The position numbers and the translations under genes were made by a program. From a virus: a stretch of DNA of 57,203 nt. The notes under the pieces are model-generated. The model was not told the origin of the DNA and ran no database searches. It saw nothing but the letters and a program-made list of their open reading frames with translations. The stretch lies in IMG/VR virus record IMGVR_UViG_3300033153_006620, positions 1 through 57,203 of that record, one strand, 5' to 3'. This document shows, piece by piece, positions 33,278 to 42,822 of this stretch (its first letter is position 1; each line of letters starts with the position of its first letter).

Positions 33278-35713
33278 TTATACACTTTCTTTATTTAAAT
33301 AATCCGCGTACCCTTTTTCTATTATTTCTTCCTCAATAAAGGTTGAAAATTGAGGCTTAACGTCTTCTAAGGCGTCCATTATAGCTTGACCAGAACCGTT
33401 CGCTATATTAATCACAGGTGCAAATGTTACACCGTTTATTGATGTGTTCTGAACCTGTTGCCCAGAGTTGAGAGCATTTACACCGCCCACACCAAGTCCC
33501 GCCGTAGCTCTGGCATTCAATACCGACTCCTGACCTTCCTCATTTACTTTTATACGTGCATTTCTTCCTTGAGGAAAACCTCCATCTACAAGTGCCTGAG
33601 AAGCTATTGTTGCAGTATTTCCAACGGCTACGGCTCCTACAGCGGCAGCACTGATAAAATTTAATGGAGGCGGAGCAGATGCAAGGGCACGCTGAACGGC
33701 CAAAGCACCTTGAACTATAGATGTAATCAAGGCTATTTTCTTTGCCGTCTTTTCGTCTTTAATGAATGCCTGTAGACCTCTGGAGCCCTGGGCAATTAAT
33801 GTATCTGTAAGAGCTTTTTTGCCGGCAATCAAATCATTATTAAACTTTTTGGCATTAGCTTTTAATGTCTCTTCGTCTTTACCATCTTTTTTTAATTTCT
33901 TCTGTATCTCCGCCGCTGCTTTATCGTCAAATTTCTTTCTAATTGATGATTCTTTTATTTTAAATGCCTCGAATAAATCGTTTAGGTCTTCCCCGCCGGT
34001 CATGAGTATTTCAGCTTGTTGTTGAAACCAAAACTGTAAAGCTGCATTATCCCGCTCTTGACCTTCTAATGTAAGTATGTGTAAGCGGTCCTGGAGTTCT
34101 TCGGCTCTTAATATTTTTTGTTCGGCTGCTAAGCGTTCTTTTTCTGCTTTTTCGGGATCAACAAACCCGCCTGGTTCCGTAGGTGCTAAATCTACGCTTT
34201 TTATAGCTTCCCCAGCATCTTGAACGGTTGCAATGGCTTTGGACATGTCAAGCCCTTCGGCGGCCAATCTTGCACGTTCAAAAGCATCTTCCGCTTCTTT
34301 GCCTAGATTTTCACCCATACCAGAAATGAATGTGGTGTCAAAATCAGCTCCTAATTTATTTAACCCCTTCGTTATTAATCCAAAAAAACTTACGAATACT
34401 GAACCAGTTTTTAGAATTACACCGTTTAAAAATTCAAACGTTCCTATAATCCCTCTTATGGAGGCTACACCGAGATTTAACATAGTGAGAAATACTTTTG
34501 ATGTCATGTTAGCTAGTAGTTCAAATTGTTCTTTGTTCGCCTTAACCACACCTGTGAAGAAATTCACCACTTCAGTGTAAAACTGAATTCTTTTTAACTT
34601 AGCAGAACCAAAGGCATCACCTATTGCAAGTCCTAATCCCTCTTGAGCAGATTTTAATAGTTTCGTGGCACCGCCCACATTATCAAGCATGGTATTGGCA
34701 AATTCTTTTGCAGTGCCTTCAGCATTATTTAACTCTTCATTAAATTTTTCAATGCTTTCCGTTCCGGAGATTAATATTCCTGCGGCGGTACTTGATAGTA
34801 GCCCGAAAGTATCTTTTATTGTTCCAGGGCTTAAATTCTTTTCTTGCAATGCCTTTAATTTTTCAGTGAAGGAAGCAGTTGCTGATGCACTCCCACGAAT
34901 CATTTTTGAGGCTTTGGAGTTTGCATCACCCAGTTCTAACATGATACGCCTCAATGCAGTTCCAGCTTGAGAACCTACTATACCCTTGCTTGCAAGTTCA
35001 GCAAGTTGGGCTGTTGTTTCTGCGAGATCGGTTCCTAGTTGACCCGAAGTGGATCCAACAAATTTCATAGATTCAGAGAATCTGTTTAGATCAAGAGCCG
35101 ATATATTAAACGATTTAGCCATTATATCGACAACACTACCGGCATTACTAGCCTTCAACGAAAATTGCCCTAATGTACGCGCTGTAGCTTCAGCAGCTAG
35201 TGACATTTCACTTTGCGCCACTACTGCAAGATTGAGAACATCTTTTGAAGCTGCAAGTATTTGATTTGTTTTTAAACCTAATTTTCCCAGTTCAACAAAA
35301 GCGCGTCCCGCTTCCGTAGCTGTAAAAACAGTTGTTTCACCCAATTTTCTAGACTCCGCTGATAAAGCAGCCATCTCGACTTCATTTGGCTTAAGAATAG
35401 CTTTAACAGTGGACATAGTTTGGGCGAATTCGAGTGATACCCTATTTACAAATTCAATAGCCTGTCCAAAACTTACTATGGCTTTAGTGGTTATTCCAAC
35501 GGCAATTGCAGCCGGTCCAAATCTTTTAGCAAAAGAAGCCATTTCACTTTTTACATTCGCAGCCATCTTGCCAATACCTGACATTTTGTTCTTGAATTTA
35601 TCAGCCTGGTTCGCCATTTTCTTAAAGCCGGATTCAACACTTGAACCCATAGATTTAAACTTTGCCGAAAGCAAATCATTAAGTTTAGCCGTTGCAGTAA
35701 ATTCTTCAGCCAT
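33278..35713 (-). CDS. Tail tape measure protein
   Basis: 811 aa, Ala/Gly/Leu-rich helical protein; core ..FVGSTSGQLGTDLAETTAQLAELASKGIVGSQAGTALRRIMLEL; preceded by the chaperone frameshift pair. Confidence 0.85.
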   Translation of the reverse strand: MAEEFTATAKLNDLLSAKFKSMGSSVESGFKKMANQADKFKNKMSGIGKMAANVKSEMASFAKRFGPAAIAVGITTKAIVSFGQAIEFVNRVSLEFAQTMSTVKAILKPNEVEMAALSAESRKLGETTVFTATEAGRAFVELGKLGLKTNQILAASKDVLNLAVVAQSEMSLAAEATARTLGQFSLKASNAGSVVDIMAKSFNISALDLNRFSESMKFVGSTSGQLGTDLAETTAQLAELASKGIVGSQAGTALRRIMLELGDANSKASKMIRGSASATASFTEKLKALQEKNLSPGTIKDTFGLLSSTAAGILISGTESIEKFNEELNNAEGTAKEFANTMLDNVGGATKLLKSAQEGLGLAIGDAFGSAKLKRIQFYTEVVNFFTGVVKANKEQFELLANMTSKVFLTMLNLGVASIRGIIGTFEFLNGVILKTGSVFVSFFGLITKGLNKLGADFDTTFISGMGENLGKEAEDAFERARLAAEGLDMSKAIATVQDAGEAIKSVDLAPTEPGGFVDPEKAEKERLAAEQKILRAEELQDRLHILTLEGQERDNAALQFWFQQQAEILMTGGEDLNDLFEAFKIKESSIRKKFDDKAAAEIQKKLKKDGKDEETLKANAKKFNNDLIAGKKALTDTLIAQGSRGLQAFIKDEKTAKKIALITSIVQGALAVQRALASAPPPLNFISAAAVGAVAVGNTATIASQALVDGGFPQGRNARIKVNEEGQESVLNARATAGLGVGGVNALNSGQQVQNTSINGVTFAPVINIANGSGQAIMDALEDVKPQFSTFIEEEIIEKGYADYLNKESV

Positions 35714-36536
35714 TACCTTTTGCTACCTTTGATTGATTCTATGTAAGCGTTGCATTTCGATAACTCCTTTTCATAATACATACACATCTGAATGTATAAG
35801 CTAGTCATTTTCGGGAAATCAACAATCCGAGGTTTATCGCACATCGAATATACCTGATACCACAAGTGAACACTCTTAGGTATAAATTTGTTTGCGCAAT
35901 TAAAGTAATGTATGATTTTCCCATTATGTTCCTCTTTCCAAACTAGGTTATCTGCCGGTTTTCCATCACACCCCTGCCTCCTAGCAATGAGTTTATTAGT
36001 CTTACATACATTGCAGGGGGCTACTTTTATGATGCCAGTGTGAACCCCGGCTAAAGCTCTAAACCCGTCAATTCTCCTTCCGTCATCGTTGATTGTCTTA
36101 GAATAGCTTCATAGATGGCTGTCATTAAAACAGGAGGGAATCTATCGAGCAAATTCTTAGCTAACCCATTATTTCCCGACATGTATTTAATTTCACGGCC
36201 TTTTCTATCTTTAACGTTTTTCCATCCCTTAATATGAGATTTAAGAGTTTCCCATTTGGCCGTTCCCGAGGCTGTTCTCAATCCTTTTTTGTCTGTCTTG
36301 TAAGCCAAATCATCCTCATCCTTGATGAATTGAGATCCTACCTTTCCTTTCAATGTGAATATAGGCCATTCAGACCTGGGCATATTGCTTTTTCTGACAA
36401 CTTTTGGCACCCATGGAAATGTTTCATCATCCGTGAAGAGGCAATAATCTCTTAATTCTTCCTCAGTATCTTTGTCAATTTTCTTCTCAATAACTTCGGT
36501 TTCTTCTTCGGCCTCGTTTTTATTTTCTTCTGTCAT
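35713..36536 (-). CDS. Tail assembly chaperone GT-type fusion, made by a programmed -1 frameshift at 36066-36060 (about 275 aa)
   Basis: The -1 frame is open for 117 codons, exactly from the slippery heptamer to a TAA that overlaps the tape-measure ATG. No other ORF fills this 337-bp gap. Confidence 0.6.
36051..36536 (-). CDS. Tail assembly chaperone (G-type, zero-frame product)
   Basis: Acidic 161-aa protein located between the major tail protein and the tape measure. Confidence 0.65.
   Translation of the reverse strand: MTEENKNEAEEETEVIEKKIDKDTEEELRDYCLFTDDETFPWVPKVVRKSNMPRSEWPIFTLKGKVGSQFIKDEDDLAYKTDKKGLRTASGTAKWETLKSHIKGWKNVKDRKGREIKYMSGNNGLAKNLLDRFPPVLMTAIYEAILRQSTMTEGELTGLEL
36060..36066 (-). 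other. Slippery heptanucleotide G_GGU_UUA (X_XXY_YYZ), 3 codons before the G stop
   Basis: Zero-frame codons are ACG GGT TTA GAG CTT TAG. Confidence 0.6.
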
Positions 36537-36567
36537 GTTTTGGCTCCTTTTGATTGTGTTTATCTAA

Positions 36568-37584
36568 TTATGATTTAGCTCCTTGAAGGATTTCAAAAGT
36601 ATCGTTTCCGGAACTCTTATGTAACATAAAGACTTTTTCATTTACTCTGAGGCCCTCACGATCTCCGCCAATTCCTACTGTGCTGTATTGGGCTGCGGGC
36701 GCTGAAATGGTGATACTTGGATTTGAACCATCGCTTATGATCGTAGATACAGCGCCAGTATTACCTGCCAGCCAATCAGCGTATACAGGATCTTCCGCTT
36801 GCAAAAGAGCATAAGGATCTACTGTTAGGGTGGATTCACCACGTTTGGCTATGTATGCCCCTTCGTATCCGGTCGAAGAACTTGGAAGCATTTTCATAGA
36901 TACTGTGTTTCCGGTTTTGATTTCAAATTTTTCATAGATTTGTGCTATAGCATTTACGGTCAATGATGTACCTATAACTGAAGCTGCTTTCGTGGTATTA
37001 ACACCTGTGGGAACCAATATTGATCCAAATGGTCTATCGGCTATCGATTGTAAAGCTCCTTTGAAATCACTGAAAACCATTTGAACGGGTTCACCGATTT
37101 CACCAATGAGAAATGATACTTCCCCCATGCATCCACTCATCTTGGTAAACAGTAAACTAGGGCTTGCCCCACAATTACGCTCTTGAACCCCCATTGTCAT
37201 AGGTATGCACGTATTGTCAGCGTGAGGAACCCATGATATACCCTCCACCGCCGCACCTACAGCTACAGGGGATCCGTTGTCCCATCCTATAGCCTTGAAT
37301 CCACATGCTTGTAAATACTTACTCCATTTTGGTTCCTCATCTACGGCAGATCCTGGATTCATAAATGTCATGAAATTGCACGATCCCATTTGTTTCCCTT
37401 TGATGGAAACAGATGAATCCAATGTTCCGTCAAGCACCTTTTGTTGGAATTCTTTTATCTCTGCCGAATATTCTAAATTCTGAACTTCAATATCAAAATC
37501 CGCATTAGCCAGGGTTTCCGGGGTGTACGGTGTCCCCTCTAATTTACTGATTAAGGTTGTGAGTTCTGTGGGAAACGCTGTCAT
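36568..37584 (-). CDS. Major tail (tube) protein (start moved to ATG 37584)
   Basis: AAAGGAGTTAAAAATT precedes ATG 37584; position upstream of the chaperone; no sheath gene is present. Confidence 0.6.
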   Translation of the reverse strand: MTAFPTELTTLISKLEGTPYTPETLANADFDIEVQNLEYSAEIKEFQQKVLDGTLDSSVSIKGKQMGSCNFMTFMNPGSAVDEEPKWSKYLQACGFKAIGWDNGSPVAVGAAVEGISWVPHADNTCIPMTMGVQERNCGASPSLLFTKMSGCMGEVSFLIGEIGEPVQMVFSDFKGALQSIADRPFGSILVPTGVNTTKAASVIGTSLTVNAIAQIYEKFEIKTGNTVSMKMLPSSSTGYEGAYIAKRGESTLTVDPYALLQAEDPVYADWLAGNTGAVSTIISDGSNPSITISAPAAQYSTVGIGGDREGLRVNEKVFMLHKSSGNDTFEILQGAKS

Positions 37585-37600
37585 AATTTTTAACTCCTTT

Positions 37601-38110
37601 TTAACAATAAAATGTTGTTGCGCTTCGACGCATTTGCCTGTATATAATATCAATTTCAAATGTTATGTTTGCTAAGTCTTGTCCGTCACTATCAAATAAT
37701 GTGGCGTTAACGACATTGACTTGTTGTACCAATCCTTCTAAGTCATAAGCCGACCCATCCATATTGTACGCGGTATTTCCTCCGGCAGTATCATCGCCAA
37801 ATCTGATTTCCAAGTCCTGCACTGTATCGGTAAATAATTCATTTTCTTTTTCCCGGCTTCGAGCTTCGAAATATAAGTCTAGAACAACCGGTATTTTTTT
37901 GATTAATCTTCCCGCGCTGTTTTTCTCCGCTGTTATGTAATTGATAGTACTCATTACTATATTACATACAGGCTTAAGTCTAATGTTCTCTACGGATATA
38001 GGAAAATCATTTACTTCCTCGATGGTTTGGCTGTACCCGTTTGATGTACGGATATCTTTAACCATTTTATGCAAGCGGTCTTTAATTCTTTTTATTGTTG
38101 ATTCAGCCAT
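37601..38110 (-). CDS. Tail terminator / tail completion-type protein
   Basis: Position immediately upstream of the major tail gene. Confidence 0.35.
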   Translation of the reverse strand: MAESTIKRIKDRLHKMVKDIRTSNGYSQTIEEVNDFPISVENIRLKPVCNIVMSTINYITAEKNSAGRLIKKIPVVLDLYFEARSREKENELFTDTVQDLEIRFGDDTAGGNTAYNMDGSAYDLEGLVQQVNVVNATLFDSDGQDLANITFEIDIIYRQMRRSATTFYC

Positions 38111-38663
38111 TGAATACCAACCTTAAAGCTTTCTTTACATCGCGCCGTCTGCGAATGCCACCTTCATTTAAGTAGAACCCTAATATATCGGTTCGTTCGG
38201 GAATGGTGACTTGTTTGGTTCTTATCCAGGTGAATCCTGCAACTGCTTTTTTAAGTTTCTTTCCAGATTTTGAAAAGATTCTGGCTGAGGTTTCCATTTT
38301 GAAAACCAAGTAAGGCTTATTCTTGGCTTTTATAACACGACTACCTTTCCAGCTCTTGTCATGTATGGGTAGATATTTCTTAACGCCGCCTCTATTCAAA
38401 AGGAATAAAGTGGATACCACATCATTTTTAAGTCTTCGAACTTTTACATTTAAGGCTCTTGCCGCATTACCTGACCTTCGAAACAACCCAAAATTACCTT
38501 TCCTACCAGACAATTGATCCTTTATGATATTTCCAACAGTACCACTATCAGTCTCAGCCCATAAATCACGGACCATATCAAAGAACTGGTCAGGTTTCTT
38601 TTTGACTACAGCCTGAAATCTCTTACGGTCCCTGGCATTAAATTTGAAGGTAATATTGCTCAT
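38103..38663 (-). CDS. Head-tail joining (morphogenesis) protein
   Basis: Position; basic 186-aa protein; overlapping start and stop with its neighbours. Confidence 0.35.
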   Translation of the reverse strand: MSNITFKFNARDRKRFQAVVKKKPDQFFDMVRDLWAETDSGTVGNIIKDQLSGRKGNFGLFRRSGNAARALNVKVRRLKNDVVSTLFLLNRGGVKKYLPIHDKSWKGSRVIKAKNKPYLVFKMETSARIFSKSGKKLKKAVAGFTWIRTKQVTIPERTDILGFYLNEGGIRRRRDVKKALRLVFNG

Positions 38664-39487
38664 AATGAATAGTGAATATATTTCTCTAAAATCTTCCTCA
38701 CTTGAGGTTGTAAATCATAATCTTGTGTATAATCAGCCCTATTGGTTTGTCCTTTTGACGTACCCCCATTTTCCAAATCTGTTTTGTGGCGCTCACCATA
38801 CATAAGTTCTATTTCACACGCTAACACAATATCAGGATTGGATTCCGCAAGGGATTCAACTTCCCGGGAAGCTAATACAGCACTAGCTCCGGTTATTGCA
38901 TCGCCATCTTCCGTTGTGCTGGGGGTTATGGTTTCATCTACAATAAATCGACCGTATAAAACTTCAATAGTGATAGCTGTACTGACTTTTGAAATCACAT
39001 ACCCCACGGCCCGGCTATTCCCTCCCATAACATAATTACCCACCGCTATTACCGTTCCCGCCTCAGTAGATAGAATAAATTGCGATTGAGTACCATGCGA
39101 GGCCATGCCCCCGGTATAAACTACTTGAAGGCCTTTAATGGCGGGTGTCGAAGGTGTATCTAAAACAACACTGTCATTGTTAGGTCCTGTAAATATATTT
39201 GTTTCGGTTGTTTCACTGCCAGAGAATAAGCTGGTAGAATCGGTTTTCATTGAGGTTAAAGTTGATATAGGATACGAACTAACAAAGAATTGAACTTGTC
39301 CCGGAACAATATCAAAGTATTCTGTCCTAGCCTTAGATTCTATATTACGGTTTAAATGGCTTTCAATACTGGCCGATATACCGGTAATAAAAGGAATATA
39401 ACGCCTTTGATTCTTCGGCTTATCATCAAGCTTGCCACTTGAATCACTATATAGGTAACTGACTCTACGCCAACTAGTTAAATCCAT
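38660..39487 (-). CDS. Head-tail connector/adaptor-type structural protein
   Basis: Position between the capsid block and the tail block. Confidence 0.35.
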   Translation of the reverse strand: MDLTSWRRVSYLYSDSSGKLDDKPKNQRRYIPFITGISASIESHLNRNIESKARTEYFDIVPGQVQFFVSSYPISTLTSMKTDSTSLFSGSETTETNIFTGPNNDSVVLDTPSTPAIKGLQVVYTGGMASHGTQSQFILSTEAGTVIAVGNYVMGGNSRAVGYVISKVSTAITIEVLYGRFIVDETITPSTTEDGDAITGASAVLASREVESLAESNPDIVLACEIELMYGERHKTDLENGGTSKGQTNRADYTQDYDLQPQVRKILEKYIHYSL

Positions 39488-39531
39488 ATTTAAATTGGGG
39501 CAGGTTTCCCCGCCCCATTATCCTGGTTAAG

Positions 39532-40002
39532 TTAAGGCGTAGTATCTACGAAATCCATAGCATTTGTTTGCTCAACCGGCTCGCTATTGGCTTTAGAAAG
39601 AATAACATTAATTCCAACTAATGTAGCGCCGGTAGTGCTTTGCTTATACTTGATAAACAAATATTTCTTATGGTCCTTCGCACGTAAGCGCAAAAGATGC
39701 ACCTTGTTTTGATCCGCTGAAGTCTTCTGAACATAATCTGCTTCAGTTCCGGCTGCATTTGTAATGATTGCTGCTGCATCGGCGTCATCAGTAGCCGAGT
39801 CAAAACAATCCACGTCAACAGCGGCAGCGCCAACAAGACCAAAGTTCAGTTCAATCAAGGCTTCATCGTATCCGCTAATATCAATACCGGAAGCATCCCC
39901 GGTAGTGTTTCCATGGCCATTCCAGGCTGGAGCGGTCGAAGTCACTGACTTGGGTTCGAATACAAGTGTAACTTGATCGCGTTCGTGTAATCCTCTAGAC
40001 AT
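39532..40002 (-). CDS. Head-associated structural protein (decoration-type candidate)
   Basis: Directly downstream of the major capsid gene; Ala/Asp/Thr-rich. Confidence 0.35.
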   Translation of the reverse strand: MSRGLHERDQVTLVFEPKSVTSTAPAWNGHGNTTGDASGIDISGYDEALIELNFGLVGAAAVDVDCFDSATDDADAAAIITNAAGTEADYVQKTSADQNKVHLLRLRAKDHKKYLFIKYKQSTTGATLVGINVILSKANSEPVEQTNAMDFVDTTP

Positions 40003-40035
40003 ATGTTAGTCTCCTATTTTAAATTTTATGTTTGT

Positions 40036-41256
40036 TTAGAAATCAGTGCTGATATTGGATGCAATATTGAATGCAAGAGCCTGTTTAACCAGAGTATCAA
40101 TATCAACGAAAATAGCGAACCAAGTTTGATCTTTAGCAAAGCTATCACCAGCTTCAACAGATCGTTTTACTCTGATTCCGCCCCATGTTGCTATTACGAA
40201 TTGATCCCATTGGCCTATTACAGCTTTAGTCAAATCAGCAGGTTTCAGGACACTGGTTGTCATACCAAATTTAGTGCCAGTAAGTGCTTCCAGTTGGGTC
40301 ATATCCATTAGAGGGTTAATGATAGGCATACCAAGAGTTTGACCACTGAACTGCGCAATACGTTCTCTTCGAAATCCGCCAACAACCTTAGGTCTACATA
40401 AGAAACCGGCTCCGCCTTCTTGCAGGTAATTAGACTCTTCGATGTCTTCGCGCATTGCAGCGACATCCACAGTGTCCATTCTTGCGTTACTAACATCATA
40501 AGTATTTGTCCCTGGAGCATTCAATATCCCAAGTGGTTGACTGTCGGAGTTAATCCCGTTTATAGCGACTTTATCCATTCCCAGCCTTGAACCACGAATC
40601 ATCTTCTCAGAAACAAGGTCATTGATAACACCAGCGGATTGATGCCATAGATTGTTAGACACCTTTACAATCATGCTACCATGTCTCGGTGACATCCTGG
40701 TCAACCCAAACGTCAGGTTTTGCAATGCAGCCTCATCACCATCAGAACCCCATGTTAACACGGGTTCATTAAGTTCTTTAGGTATTTCTAAATCACCGGT
40801 AAGCCCATTCCATTGAGTAACGCCTAGCTTAGACATTACCATAGCTTCCTGAGCTGGTTTGATGATTTTATCAATGCCGAAATCAGTTGCGATCAAAAAT
40901 CCGCCAGCTCCGCCGCTATTGGTGTCTTGATCCTTGGTAGCATCATAACACTCTTTTTCGAATCCAGCGCCATCCCAATTGTCGAGCAACCCACCTTTGA
41001 TATATCGCCCTAGATTGAAATTTTTCTTTTCATTTCCGGGAACATCAAGGGATACATTATTTCTTTTCACTGCTTCCAAAAGATCAGTATTTTTCTTCTC
41101 GACATCTTTAATCATTTCAACGATTTTTTCATCGGTAAGTTTTTTACTGTCTTTCACAGCATTTTCGGAATTTTCTTTTTGAGCCTTCAATTGCTCAGTT
41201 ACGGTTTCTGTAAATTCCGTTAATTTTGTTTCAAGATCTCTGACTAAATCAGCCAT
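40036..41256 (-). CDS. Major capsid protein, HK97 fold
   Basis: 406 aa; N-terminal charged coiled-coil (delta-domain-like) segment followed by a Gly-rich core; follows the prohead protease. Confidence 0.8.
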   Translation of the reverse strand: MADLVRDLETKLTEFTETVTEQLKAQKENSENAVKDSKKLTDEKIVEMIKDVEKKNTDLLEAVKRNNVSLDVPGNEKKNFNLGRYIKGGLLDNWDGAGFEKECYDATKDQDTNSGGAGGFLIATDFGIDKIIKPAQEAMVMSKLGVTQWNGLTGDLEIPKELNEPVLTWGSDGDEAALQNLTFGLTRMSPRHGSMIVKVSNNLWHQSAGVINDLVSEKMIRGSRLGMDKVAINGINSDSQPLGILNAPGTNTYDVSNARMDTVDVAAMREDIEESNYLQEGGAGFLCRPKVVGGFRRERIAQFSGQTLGMPIINPLMDMTQLEALTGTKFGMTTSVLKPADLTKAVIGQWDQFVIATWGGIRVKRSVEAGDSFAKDQTWFAIFVDIDTLVKQALAFNIASNISTDF

Positions 41257-41266
41257 ATTTTATCTC

Positions 41267-42325
41267 CTAATTTAAATTTAACATTTTTTCTTTTGCTTTA
41301 TCCAGAGCATCACCAAAGCCATATATATCAACCGATTCTTCCACTTCTGAGTCATTTTGAACAGTAGTAGTTTTCGTTGATTTCCCCTCTTCAGAATCAG
41401 CCTTTAGGATTTTCTCAAGAGGCGCTTTTAGTTCTTCAATGTATGATAAAATTTTCTTTGTTTTTGTAATTATATCGGATGATATTTTTTCATTTATAGA
41501 TTCGGGTTGACCTATAATTAATTCTACATTGTAATCCTTTTTGAATTCCTTAGCTTGCTCAAGCTTAGATTCTTTGTCTTCATCATCTCGTATGTATATT
41601 TTGCATAATGATTTAGTATTTAGTTCAATCCCTTCAATACTCTTATACCGTTGAATACTCTCATTCTTTTCGATATATTCAAGAGTCTTGTTACCGAACA
41701 CGTCTTTAAAAGATGGAATTTGACCAGAGTTTTTGTTGCTTGGCACTGATGTTAAACTGTACTCCAGCAGTGTTATCTTATCCCAAATCCAGCCATTCTT
41801 ATCTATACCGAAAGTGTCTCTTTCCTCGGGTGATGGTCTGCGAACATCTCCATATTTAGCGGTAAACCCAATGGATCCCTTAGTCATTCCACCGGTAGAT
41901 GCTATTTTAAAGAACGAATCGGACACGCCAGTATCGTCAATTTCTTTATCATAAAACAATACCCATGCATCAATGGAATTGGTTTCTTTGTTGAAAAATG
42001 TTTTTATAGCTTTCCCAACTGGGAATTTTCTACCATTATGAAATCCCAAAATAACAGGGTTACCTTTAAAATCTTTAAGATCCACGCCTTTAGGGATTAT
42101 AACTTCATTGTCATGATCAACCGTGGTGTCCGTTAAGCGGTAATTTAATACACGTTTTTCCAGCCCATCATGAAATTTTAAGTCTACTTTATTACAAAGA
42201 GTTTTGCATTCACCGGGTTTCAGATTAACAATCGATGAAACCGCCTTCGTTTGCCTAATTACATTTTCATTGTCTTTTAATGTATTTATGAATTCTTCAG
42301 CTTTTTTTTCCAGTATCGTTAACAT
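41267..42325 (-). CDS. Prohead serine protease (HK97 type) with a long acidic C-terminal extension
   Basis: PVILGFHNGRKFPVGKA (His) and GSIGF (Ser) motifs; AGGAG 9 nt before ATG 42325. Confidence 0.65.
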   Translation of the reverse strand: MLTILEKKAEEFINTLKDNENVIRQTKAVSSIVNLKPGECKTLCNKVDLKFHDGLEKRVLNYRLTDTTVDHDNEVIIPKGVDLKDFKGNPVILGFHNGRKFPVGKAIKTFFNKETNSIDAWVLFYDKEIDDTGVSDSFFKIASTGGMTKGSIGFTAKYGDVRRPSPEERDTFGIDKNGWIWDKITLLEYSLTSVPSNKNSGQIPSFKDVFGNKTLEYIEKNESIQRYKSIEGIELNTKSLCKIYIRDDEDKESKLEQAKEFKKDYNVELIIGQPESINEKISSDIITKTKKILSYIEELKAPLEKILKADSEEGKSTKTTTVQNDSEVEESVDIYGFGDALDKAKEKMLNLN

Positions 42326-42686
42326 TAGGCTTTTCTCCTGGGTTTGATAGTTTTTCCATGAGTATACATAGATATTTCTTCTCATTTTCTGGGGTTGGGT
42401 TTTGTTGGAAATTGTTCAAAGCATTACATAAAGGATTATTTATAGATTCAGCCGCTTTGTTAATAATTTTCTTTCTGATAATAGCTCTTGATTGTAGAAA
42501 CCCTTTTGTTTCACATACTATACAAGTCTTCTTTAAGTGTGCATTGCCATGGCATTTTGGGCATTCTTCACTTTCTGTACTTCTTTTTGCAGTAGAAGTT
42601 TTAGGAACGACATCTTTGACACATTTGGAGACATCTTTTTTCCTGTGAATAGGCTTCTCTTTCCTAACTTTATTTATATCTAACAT
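42297..42686 (-). CDS. Small basic protein with a CxxC..CxxC zinc knuckle (start moved to ATG 42686)
   Basis: CPKCHGNAHLKKTCIVCETKG; AAAGGAGCCAAG precedes the ATG. Confidence 0.5.
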   Translation of the reverse strand: MLDINKVRKEKPIHRKKDVSKCVKDVVPKTSTAKRSTESEECPKCHGNAHLKKTCIVCETKGFLQSRAIIRKKIINKAAESINNPLCNALNNFQQNPTPENEKKYLCILMEKLSNPGEKPNVNDTGKKS

Positions 42687-42822
42687 CTTGGCTCCTTTGA
42701 TTGAAATACTGTTTTTTCTTTGTAGGTTTGAATTGATCACCCTTGGTAGCTTCAAAACCTTTTTTTATTATGTTTTTATCACGATCCTCCATGAGTTTTT
42801 TTAAATTAGTTTTTCCGCTCAT
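42670..42822 (-). CDS. Small basic hypothetical protein (50 aa)
   Basis: Its ATG overlaps the portal stop (ATGA). Confidence 0.4.
   Translation of the reverse strand: MSGKTNLKKLMEDRDKNIIKKGFEATKGDQFKPTKKKQYFNQRSQDVRYK

Noticed and set aside
34233-35732. Plus-strand ORFs antisense to the tape measure. The same applies to similar plus-strand ORFs inside the 561-aa gene, portal, terminase, capsid, fibre and methyltransferase.
   Set aside because: They are low-complexity Ser/Ala/Phe-rich antisense shadows of long minus-strand genes. They have no RBS and are incompatible with the packed minus-strand operons.
39497-39516. GC-rich hairpin GGGGC-N10-GCCCC between head genes, and hairpin ACGCATA-N5-TATGCGT at 11083-11101, as terminators
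   Set aside because: Neither is followed by a U-tract. At most they are RNA-stability or attenuation elements, which is too weak to call.
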